Shown: in pieces, positions 43,509 to 51,773 of the stretch
Position numbering within the stretch: the stretch's first letter is position 1
Layout: every line of letters starts with the position of its first letter
Assembly (NCBI GenBank): GCA_023145435.1
Contig: JAGLDS010000003.1
Location: forward strand, 64,276-128,275
Reading direction: 5' to 3'
From: Clostridiales bacterium
Lineage (GTDB): Bacteria; Bacillota; Clostridia; DUPQ01
Length of the DNA: 64,000 bases
Program-made: the position numbers and the translations under genes
The notes under the pieces: generated by a model
What the model saw: only the letters and a program-made list of their open reading frames with translations
The model's database searches: none
What the model was told of the DNA's origin: nothing

Positions 43509-44513
43509 TTATATAGAGGTTATTTTTAATTTTAAGGTAAAAGTTTTTTCTTCACCTACTTTTAATTTCACTACTCTATTATTGTCTTTCTCACTTAATC
43601 TACCACTAACTTTACTAGTTGACGGTTCAACACCTAAGGCATAATCACCTGATGCCATGCTTTTCCATTCAATTAGTTGTGGCAATGCTTTTTTATCGTA
43701 GGAGACATCCACTTGTAAACCAAGTTGTTTATTAATAACATATACATGTGCAAATTGATCTTCTTCACAAATGGGATCGTGATAAAACACTTGTTCTTGA
43801 TAGTTGTTAATTGGATTTTCAAAAGTATTCCAAGTTTTAATTCCACTTTGTGCAATAGAATCTCTTGGTTCAACTTTTTTACTGTTAATTTCTAGTTTAG
43901 TTTGATTTGAAAGCATAGGCCAACCAAAATTTACATGATATAGCAACATAATTGATTCATCACTAAATCCTTGGTTTTCAACTTTATCTGTTATAATTAT
44001 TTCATTTCCAAATAAAGGGATTTCTATTTGTCGGTGTAATACAAGGTTATATCCAAAAAGGGCAGACAGTTCAACTTTGCCTTTAATTATGATGTTTTTT
44101 TCATTCCAATTTACAACTGAAGAAACTTCTTTAGCAGGTGTCATACCTAAACGACCATGATAAGGATATTTTCCACTTTCATCAGTATCATTTGGTCCCA
44201 CATTTCTAAGACCACAGGTATAAAGCATTCCACCATGAAAATATCTAGTAAATTCACCAGGTGATACGGAAGTTTGGGTAGAATGTTGTAAGCCTGGTTT
44301 ACCTAAAAAGCTTAAGTTAATACCTTTATAACTTAATTTGGAAATATCTAAGCATCGCCCTTCTAGTATTGTACATGTTAAAGCACCTCCATTATCAATG
44401 TTTATGATTCTTAACCCGTCTGCTTTTCCTTCGCTTAAAACAGAGCGTCTTGCATAAACAATTTGATCAGTATGTCCTATTCTTTCTAAATAGTATTCTT
44501 TGTTTTTAATCAT
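43509..44513 (-). CDS. DUF4432 / aldose-1-epimerase-like family protein
   Basis: Start trimmed to ATG comp(44511-44513), after AAAGGGGA. MIKNKEYYLERIGHTDQIVYARRSVLSEGKADGLRIINIDNGG and YHGRLG, LLYHVNFGWP are typical of the family. Confidence 0.6.
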   Translation of the reverse strand: MIKNKEYYLERIGHTDQIVYARRSVLSEGKADGLRIINIDNGGALTCTILEGRCLDISKLSYKGINLSFLGKPGLQHSTQTSVSPGEFTRYFHGGMLYTCGLRNVGPNDTDESGKYPYHGRLGMTPAKEVSSVVNWNEKNIIIKGKVELSALFGYNLVLHRQIEIPLFGNEIIITDKVENQGFSDESIMLLYHVNFGWPMLSNQTKLEINSKKVEPRDSIAQSGIKTWNTFENPINNYQEQVFYHDPICEEDQFAHVYVINKQLGLQVDVSYDKKALPQLIEWKSMASGDYALGVEPSTSKVSGRLSEKDNNRVVKLKVGEEKTFTLKLKITSI

Positions 44514-44595
44514 GTGATTTCCCCTTTCACTAAGTGCAATACCAATATTATACTGTTGTATAGTGAAAATGACAATTTTCATAAATATGTTTGTT

Positions 44596-44623
44596 TTGAT
44601 GTTTAGAAAAATCAATGTATAAT
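44596..44623 (+). promoter_or_regulatory. Candidate promoter of the opp operon
   Basis: -35 TTGATG (44596-44601), 16-bp spacer ending in TG, -10 TATAAT (44618-44623). It lies in what the track shows as an N-terminal extension of the opposite-strand gene. Confidence 0.35.
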
Positions 44624-44683
44624 AATATAATATATACTATTACTAAAAGTAAAATATATAGTATTTAAAGGAGAAATAGATTT

Positions 44684-45613
44684 ATGAAAAACTATTTTAT
44701 AAAGCGTATAATTTATGCAGTTTTTACAATATTATTAATTGCAACAATTACATTCTTTTTAATGCATTCAATACCTGGTGGTCCTTTCACTAGGGAACGA
44801 CCTGTACCAGATGAAATATTAAAAATACTTAATGAAAAATATCATTTAGACGATCCATTAGTAGTACAGTATTTTGATTATATGAAGGGATTAGTTACTT
44901 TTGACTTAGGTCCCTCTTATTCAAAAATAGGTACAGACGTTGAAGAATTGATTATTGCAGGATTTCCAGCATCGGCAAAAATTGGTGCATTGGCTACATT
45001 CATGATAATAATTATTGGTATCCCGGTAGGTATGATTTCGGCTTTAAAACAAAACCGACCGGTTGACTATATGGTAATGTTCTTTGCGACATTAGGAGTT
45101 ACTGTTCCGAGTTTTGTAATAGCTACACTTATTATTTACTTTTTTGCAGGTATATTAGGGTGGCTGCCAACCTTTGGACTAAACAGTGCTTTAAGTTATA
45201 TTGGCCCTGTAATTGCCCTATCTGGTTATTCTTTGTCATTTGTAGCCAGGCTTACTCGTTCAAGTATGCTTGAAGTTCTTCGTCAAGATTACATAAGAAC
45301 TGCTCGTGCAAATGGATTAAAAGAAAGATCTGTTATAGCAAAACATGCTATGAAAAATGCATTAATTCCAGTTGTTACATACATAGGCCCAATGATAGCA
45401 GCGATTTTAACAGGATCATTTGTTGTTGAGAGGATATTTGCTATTCCTGGTATGGGACGATATTTTGTTGAGAGTGTTACGAACCGTGATTATACAACTA
45501 TTTTAGGAATGACAGTTTTCTATGCTGCTTTCTATGTCATCATGGTTCTTCTAGTTGATGTTGCATATGCCTTCATCGATCCAAGAATTAGATTTGGGAA
45601 AGGTAGTAATTAG
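44684..45613 (+). CDS. oppB: Opp/Dpp-family ABC permease (OppB-like)
   Basis: The MKNYFIKRIIYAVFTILLIATITFFLMHSIPGGPF N-terminus and EAA-loop region RTARANGLKERSVIAKHAMKNALIP. Confidence 0.85.
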   Translation: MKNYFIKRIIYAVFTILLIATITFFLMHSIPGGPFTRERPVPDEILKILNEKYHLDDPLVVQYFDYMKGLVTFDLGPSYSKIGTDVEELIIAGFPASAKIGALATFMIIIIGIPVGMISALKQNRPVDYMVMFFATLGVTVPSFVIATLIIYFFAGILGWLPTFGLNSALSYIGPVIALSGYSLSFVARLTRSSMLEVLRQDYIRTARANGLKERSVIAKHAMKNALIPVVTYIGPMIAAILTGSFVVERIFAIPGMGRYFVESVTNRDYTTILGMTVFYAAFYVIMVLLVDVAYAFIDPRIRFGKGSN

Positions 45614-45614
45614 C

Positions 45615-46805
45615 ATGGATAAAAATAAATTCGTATTTGTAGATAAACAAGAAATAGAAGAAGAAGAATATAGAAAATCATTAACCTATTGGCAAGATGC
45701 ATGGAGAAGACTTAAAAAACACAAATTAGCCATGATTGGATTGATAGGAGTTGTTCTAATAGTATTAATTGGTATATTTGGACCTATGCTTACACAATTT
45801 TCATATTCTGATCAAGTTAACGATTATAAGAATTTACCACCAAAACTTGACTTATATAAAGTAGATGATGATATATATATATATCTTTCTGGAGATTATT
45901 TTTTATTCAGTGTCGCAGAAAATGGTAGATTAATAAAAAGATTAGAACTACCTAAAGAAAATAAAGATATAATTAATAAAGTGTATACATATGTTTTAGA
46001 TGGAGAACCTGTAATATTAGATTTTTCATATAATTTGTTACCAGGTAAAAGGGGTTATGATTATGATTTTACATTAGAATACAAAGGTAATATAACTCAT
46101 GATGTTTATAAAACAGTATTAAATAAGATATATCCATTTGGAACCGACTCATTGGGACGTGATATGTTAACACGTACAATGTATGGAGCTCGAATTTCTT
46201 TGATAGTCGCTTTTGTGGCTACTTTAGTTAATTTTATAATAGGTGTTACATATGGTGCAATAGCAGGATATGAGGGAGGTCGAAAGGATAATATTATGAT
46301 GAGATTTGTAGATATTGTTAATTCAATTCCTCTTGTTCTGTATGTTATTTTGCTTATGGTTTTATTAAGAAATCAAGGGTTATGGACAATTATCTTAGCT
46401 CTTGGTAGTGTTTACTGGGTAGGTATGGCACGATTAGTTAGGGGACAAATACTTGCACTAAAAGAACAAGAATTTGTTCTAGCAGCCAGAACACTTGGCG
46501 TTTCTAAGAAAAAAATTATTATGAGACATCTTATACCAAATGCTATGGGACCTATTATAGTAGCAATGACCATGATGATTCCATCAGCAGTGTTTACAGA
46601 ATCATTTCTAAGTTTTATTGGACTGGGTGTTTCAGCACCAATGGCATCATGGGGAACGCTTGCTAATAATGCATTATCAGGATTAATAACATATCCTTAC
46701 CAGTTGTTCTATCCAGCACTTGCTATTGCAATTACAATGCTTGCATTTAATTTCTTAGGTGATGGATTAAGAGATGCTCTAGATCCTAGATTGAGAAAGG
46801 GTTAA
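45615..46805 (+). CDS. oppC: Opp/Dpp-family ABC permease (OppC-like) with an enlarged extracytoplasmic loop
   Basis: Start at ATG 45615 (MDKNKFVF). TM1, then about 115 aa before the conserved FGTDSLGRDMLTR. EAA loop AARTLGVSKKKIIMRHLIPNA. Confidence 0.8.
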   Translation: MDKNKFVFVDKQEIEEEEYRKSLTYWQDAWRRLKKHKLAMIGLIGVVLIVLIGIFGPMLTQFSYSDQVNDYKNLPPKLDLYKVDDDIYIYLSGDYFLFSVAENGRLIKRLELPKENKDIINKVYTYVLDGEPVILDFSYNLLPGKRGYDYDFTLEYKGNITHDVYKTVLNKIYPFGTDSLGRDMLTRTMYGARISLIVAFVATLVNFIIGVTYGAIAGYEGGRKDNIMMRFVDIVNSIPLVLYVILLMVLLRNQGLWTIILALGSVYWVGMARLVRGQILALKEQEFVLAARTLGVSKKKIIMRHLIPNAMGPIIVAMTMMIPSAVFTESFLSFIGLGVSAPMASWGTLANNALSGLITYPYQLFYPALAIAITMLAFNFLGDGLRDALDPRLRKG

Positions 46806-46816
46806 GGGGGATTATT

Positions 46817-47833
46817 TTGAATAAAATTCTTGAAGTAAAAAATGTAAAAACATCGTTTTATACTCACTTAGGTGAAGTGCAAGCAGTTCGTGGTGCAAAC
46901 TTCACCATGAAAAAAGGTGATATATTAGGTATAGTTGGCGAGTCAGGTAGTGGGAAAAGTGTGACAGCTTTATCTGTAATGCGTCTAATCGATGAACCTG
47001 GAAGAATAAAAGAGGGACAAATTATATTTGATGGTATAGACATTACAACAATGTCAAATAAGGAAATGAATGAAATTCGTGGAAATGATATCTCAATGAT
47101 ATTTCAAGATCCTATGACTTCGTTAAATCCAGTTTATACTATACAAAATCAAATGGTTGAAGTAATAAGACGTCATAAAAAAGTAAGCAAAGCTGAAGCA
47201 ATTAAGCAAGCTGTTAATATGCTTCGGTTAGTTGGTATACCTGAACCTGAAAAAAGAATCAAGTCATATCCTCATGAGTTTTCAGGTGGAATGAGACAAA
47301 GGGTTATGATTGCAACAGCCCTTTCTTGTAATCCAAAGCTACTAATTGCTGATGAACCAACTACAGCACTTGATGTAACTATACAAGCACAGATATTAGA
47401 TTTAATGAAAAATATTAAAAAGGAGCTAGATACATCAATTATTCTTATTACACATGATTTAGCTGTAATAGCAGAAATTTGCACAAATATAATTGTAATG
47501 TATGGTGGAATGATGATGGAAAAAGGGTCTGTTGATGATATTTTCTATAATCCACAAAACCCATATACAGTTGGTTTACATAAATCAGTACCTAAAATGA
47601 ATACAGAGGATGATGAACGACTTATTCCGATAGAAGGTTCACCACCTGATTTACTATCACCACCTAAAGGATGTCCTTTTTCAACTAGATGTCCTAATGT
47701 TATGAAAATTTGTCTAAAACAAATGCCACCAATGTTTAATTTGAGTAAAACTCATTCTTCTGCATGTTGGCTGTTACATAAAGATGCCCCAAAAGTTGAA
47801 GGCTATGAAAAAGGAAGTGGCGAAAATGAGTGA
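46817..47833 (+). CDS. oppD: Opp/Dpp-family ABC ATPase (OppD-like)
   Basis: Walker A GESGSGKS, signature FSGGMRQR, Walker B LLIADEPTTALD. TTG start. Confidence 0.85.
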   Translation: MNKILEVKNVKTSFYTHLGEVQAVRGANFTMKKGDILGIVGESGSGKSVTALSVMRLIDEPGRIKEGQIIFDGIDITTMSNKEMNEIRGNDISMIFQDPMTSLNPVYTIQNQMVEVIRRHKKVSKAEAIKQAVNMLRLVGIPEPEKRIKSYPHEFSGGMRQRVMIATALSCNPKLLIADEPTTALDVTIQAQILDLMKNIKKELDTSIILITHDLAVIAEICTNIIVMYGGMMMEKGSVDDIFYNPQNPYTVGLHKSVPKMNTEDDERLIPIEGSPPDLLSPPKGCPFSTRCPNVMKICLKQMPPMFNLSKTHSSACWLLHKDAPKVEGYEKGSGENE

Positions 47834-48818
47834 GAACACAAAGATGTTAGAGGTTACTAATTTAAAAAAATATTTTGAAATTAATAATAAGTTGTTAAAG
47901 AAAAAGAGATCATATCTTCATGCTGTTGATGGTATTAGTTTTTACATTAATAAAGGTGAAACTTTTGGACTTGTTGGGGAATCAGGTTGTGGAAAATCCA
48001 CAACTGGTCGTTCAATCGTAAGACTATATGAACCTACTGCAGGTGAAATAGTATTTGATGGTACTGATATTACTAAATTATCTGAAAAAGAATTAATACC
48101 ATTTAGGAAAAGAATACAAATGATTTTTCAAGATCCCTATGCTTCGCTAAATGGGCGTATGACTGTAACAGATATAATAGGAGAGGGAATTGAAACTCAC
48201 CAAATAGCTCATGGAAAGGAAAAACAAGAGAGAATATATAAGTTGCTAGATACGGTAGGTTTAAAAAGAGAACATGCTAATAGGTATCCCCATGAATTTT
48301 CCGGGGGACAGCGTCAGAGGATTGGTATTGCACGAGCTTTAGCTGTAGAACCTGAGTTAATAATTTGTGATGAACCAATATCAGCACTTGATGTTTCTAT
48401 TCAAGCACAAGTAGTTAACATGCTTGAAGATCTTCAAGAAGAAAAAGAACTTACATATTTGTTTATTGCTCATGATTTATCTATGGTTAAGCATATTTCA
48501 GATAGAATTGGTGTTATGTATCTTGGACAATTAATGGAAGTTGCTACAAGTAATGAACTTTATAAAACACCATTACATCCATATACACAAGCGTTACTTT
48601 CATCAATCCCTATACCAGATCCAATAGTCACTCGTAAGCAAAAGAGAATTATTTTGCAAGGAGATGTAACAAGTCCAATTGATCCTGTGCCAAGCTGTCC
48701 TTTTAAAATGCGATGTTCTTTATGTGAAGATATATGTAAATCTGTTACTCCAGAGTTAAAAGAAGTAGAACCAGGACATTTTGTTGCATGTCACGTAGTG
48801 AATAGAAATTATAAATAA
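47826..48818 (+). CDS. oppF: Opp/Dpp-family ABC ATPase (OppF-like)
   Basis: Start at ATG 47826 (MSENTKMLEV), overlapping oppD by 8 nt. GESGCGKST, FSGGQRQR, LIICDEPISALD. Confidence 0.85.
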   Translation: MSENTKMLEVTNLKKYFEINNKLLKKKRSYLHAVDGISFYINKGETFGLVGESGCGKSTTGRSIVRLYEPTAGEIVFDGTDITKLSEKELIPFRKRIQMIFQDPYASLNGRMTVTDIIGEGIETHQIAHGKEKQERIYKLLDTVGLKREHANRYPHEFSGGQRQRIGIARALAVEPELIICDEPISALDVSIQAQVVNMLEDLQEEKELTYLFIAHDLSMVKHISDRIGVMYLGQLMEVATSNELYKTPLHPYTQALLSSIPIPDPIVTRKQKRIILQGDVTSPIDPVPSCPFKMRCSLCEDICKSVTPELKEVEPGHFVACHVVNRNYK

Positions 48819-48954
48819 AAGCAATGTAATACTTGAAGGTATTAGGAGGTAGGAGTTTTTTTGTGCTTAATGTAAATTGACTTTATTTAACCTCCATATT
48901 ATAATTAAACAAATATGCTTTTTAAAAAAGTAAAAAAACATAGGAGGAATATAT

Positions 48955-50562
48955 ATGAAACGTTTAATAAGTATTGTAGTTATTTTATGTATGCTTACAG
49001 TTGTTGTTTCTGGTTGCGCAACAGATACTGCTGAAGGTACATTAAATTGGAACATTGGAGCAGACCCTAAAACATTAGACCCAACTTTAAATGGTGCTAG
49101 TGATGGTGGAGATGTTATCAATCAAACTTTTGAAGCACTTGTAAGAGAGCAAAGTGGTGTTATTATCCCAGGGATTGCAAAAACTTGGGAAACATCAGAA
49201 GATGGTCTTACAGTTACTTTTAATTTAAGAAAATCCAAGTGGTCTGATGGATCAGATCTTACTGCTCATGATTTTGAGTATGGATTTAAAAGAGGCATTG
49301 ACCCTGCTACAGCATCAGAATATGCTTGGATTTGGGAATATACAAATATCGTTGGTGCAGCTGCAGCTACTGAATCAGGAGATCTTGATTCTGTGGGTAT
49401 TACAGCAACTGATGATTACACATTAGAAATTACATTAATCTCTCCAACTGATTATTTTGTTAGTTTAATGGCATTCTATCACTTTATGCCTATTAAGCAA
49501 TCTTCAGTTGAAGCCGTAGATGGCGAAGATGGAGCATGGGCAAAAGATCCTGAACTTGTAGTATCAAACGGACCTTTTGTTTTAACCGCTTACACAATTG
49601 GTGAAGGATTAAGACTTGAAAAGAACCAAAACTATTGGAACAAAAAGAATGTTGGATTAGCAGCAATTGACGCAGTATTTATTGATGAAGCTTCAACTGC
49701 TTATACAGCATATCAAGCAGGAGAACTTGATGTTCTTCCATCAGTTCCACCAGCAGAAGTACCTAGATTAATTGCAGAAGACCCTAATTTCTACGTTTTT
49801 GCATTATTAGGAACTTACTATTATAACTTTAACATGGACCTAGAAATTTGGTCAGATGTTAGAGTACGTAAAGCGTTAACTTTAGCAATTGATAGAGATC
49901 TTATTTGTGAAACATTAGGTTCAGGACAAGTTCCAGCATTAGGTATGGTACCTCCAGGAATGCCTGACTCAGATGGAAATGACTTCTTTGAAACAGGTGG
50001 CACTTACGGTTTAGCAATTGATGATAGTATGGTTGCAGAAGCTCAAGCATTACTTGCAGAAGCAGGTTATGCTAATGGAGAAGGATTCCCAGAATTCGTA
50101 TTATTATACAACACATCAGAAGGACATAAGATGGTTGCTGAAATGGTTCAAGAAATGTTCAAAACAAATCTTGGTATTTCATGTACACTTGAAAACCAAG
50201 AATGGGCTGTTTTCCAAGATACAAGAAAAGAAGGCGACTATGAGTTAGCTCGTGGTGGTTGGTTAACAGACTTCTTAGATCCAAGTGGATTACTTGCAAT
50301 ATTCCAAGAAGGAAATGCGTATAATGATCCTAATTACATGAGCGCAGATTACAATGCTCATATGGTAGCAGCACAAACTGCAACTGATTCAGCTACTCAT
50401 TTTGCTGAACTTTATAAAGCACAAGAAATTCTTATGACTGATTTACCAATGATGCCTGTATATCATTACACAGATACATACTTAATTTCAGAAAAAGTTA
50501 TTGGTTGGGAAAGAAGTATGCTAGGTTCACTCGACTTTAGTGGAGTAAGTCTTGCTGACTAG
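48955..50562 (+). CDS. oppA: Family-5 (OppA/DppA-type) substrate-binding lipoprotein
   Basis: Lipobox VVSGC. LNWNIGADPKTLDPTL is typical of SBP_bac_5. 535 aa. Confidence 0.8.
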   Translation: MKRLISIVVILCMLTVVVSGCATDTAEGTLNWNIGADPKTLDPTLNGASDGGDVINQTFEALVREQSGVIIPGIAKTWETSEDGLTVTFNLRKSKWSDGSDLTAHDFEYGFKRGIDPATASEYAWIWEYTNIVGAAAATESGDLDSVGITATDDYTLEITLISPTDYFVSLMAFYHFMPIKQSSVEAVDGEDGAWAKDPELVVSNGPFVLTAYTIGEGLRLEKNQNYWNKKNVGLAAIDAVFIDEASTAYTAYQAGELDVLPSVPPAEVPRLIAEDPNFYVFALLGTYYYNFNMDLEIWSDVRVRKALTLAIDRDLICETLGSGQVPALGMVPPGMPDSDGNDFFETGGTYGLAIDDSMVAEAQALLAEAGYANGEGFPEFVLLYNTSEGHKMVAEMVQEMFKTNLGISCTLENQEWAVFQDTRKEGDYELARGGWLTDFLDPSGLLAIFQEGNAYNDPNYMSADYNAHMVAAQTATDSATHFAELYKAQEILMTDLPMMPVYHYTDTYLISEKVIGWERSMLGSLDFSGVSLAD

Positions 50563-50598
50563 TTAGTGAATTAAAAAGTTAATATTTAAAACAAATAG

Positions 50599-50634
50599 CC
50601 GTTCTCCTTTAAAAGGAGAACGGTTTCTTTTTTT
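50599..50634 (+). terminator. Rho-independent terminator after oppA
   Basis: ccgttctcc ... ggagaacgg forms a perfect 9-bp stem (extendable through the tttaaaa centre), followed by tttcttttttt. Confidence 0.85.
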
Positions 50635-50705
50635 AAATAAATAGTCATGTGTAGATAATTATTACGTATTTTTTTAGTTCGTGATAAAATAGGAGTGTAA
50701 ATAAA

Positions 50706-51716
50706 TTGATGGGTAAATATATGAAAAAACTATTGTTAATATCAACTGGGGGAACCATAAGCTGTAGTGACACTGAACGCGGATTATCTCCCATGTTAAC
50801 TTTTGATGAATTACTTGAAAAAGTACCATATAATGATATGGATGTAATAATAGATGGAATACAATTAATGAGTATTGATAGTGGTAATATTATTCCTAAG
50901 CATTGGCTTGATATCACTAAGGAAATAAACGATAAATATGATATTTATGATGGCTTTTTAGTTACACATGGAACTGATACATTAGCATATACTTCTGCAG
51001 CTTTATCGTATTTAATACAACATTCAAAAAAACCAATAATCGTAACGGGATCACAGAGACCAATTGAATCAAAAGGAAATGATGCGATTAATAATTTAAC
51101 ACAGAGTATAGCATTTGCATGTGAGGGTATTGGTGGTGTATTTGTAGTCTTTAACGGTAAGGTAATTCATGGAACACAGGTTAGAAAAATCAGAACAAAA
51201 GATAATGATGCTTTTATAAGCTTAAACAGATTAGATGTAGCACAGTTTATTGACAAAAAAATAGTATATGATAAAAACTTTCAAAAAGAGTATCGAATTA
51301 AGAGTAAAAATCTTCAATTTTACAACAAGCTCAACACAAATGTACATGTAATAAAACTTTTTCCCGGACTAAATACAAAAGCTTTCAAATATATGTTAAA
51401 TATATATGATGCCATTGTTATTGAGGCATATGGGACAGGATCAATACCATTTGTATTTGGCGATGCTATAGAAGAATTTCACAAACAAAACAAAGAAGAT
51501 TGTTTAATATTAGTTGTATCTCAAGCTATGTTTGAAGGTACAAATATGAAACTCTATGAGATTAGTAATAAGGTTCGTAACTTTCCAAATGTGATTGAAG
51601 GGGGGCTAATGAGCACAGAAAGCGCTGTAACAAAACTAATGTGGGCATTAGCTAAAAGCAAAACAAATCAAGAAGTAATTACATTAATTAAAGAACCTGT
51701 AGATTTTGACTTTTAA
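50706..51716 (+). CDS. ansA: L-asparaginase (type I, cytoplasmic)
   Basis: LLLISTGGTISC (catalytic Thr motif), VTHGTDTLAYT. The start is ambiguous among TTG 50706, ATG 50709 and ATG 50721. Confidence 0.8.
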   Translation: MMGKYMKKLLLISTGGTISCSDTERGLSPMLTFDELLEKVPYNDMDVIIDGIQLMSIDSGNIIPKHWLDITKEINDKYDIYDGFLVTHGTDTLAYTSAALSYLIQHSKKPIIVTGSQRPIESKGNDAINNLTQSIAFACEGIGGVFVVFNGKVIHGTQVRKIRTKDNDAFISLNRLDVAQFIDKKIVYDKNFQKEYRIKSKNLQFYNKLNTNVHVIKLFPGLNTKAFKYMLNIYDAIVIEAYGTGSIPFVFGDAIEEFHKQNKEDCLILVVSQAMFEGTNMKLYEISNKVRNFPNVIEGGLMSTESAVTKLMWALAKSKTNQEVITLIKEPVDFDF

Positions 51717-51773
51717 CTTGATATAACTATGACATAAAATTTTAAATTTAATATAATTACTAGGAGTGTAAAA

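Noticed and set aside
44514-44615. The track's N-terminal extension of the DUF4432 gene (MIFLNIKTNIFMKIV...).
   Set aside because: A strong AAAGGGGA SD precedes the internal ATG at comp(44511-44513). The extension is low-complexity and covers the probable opp promoter on the other strand.
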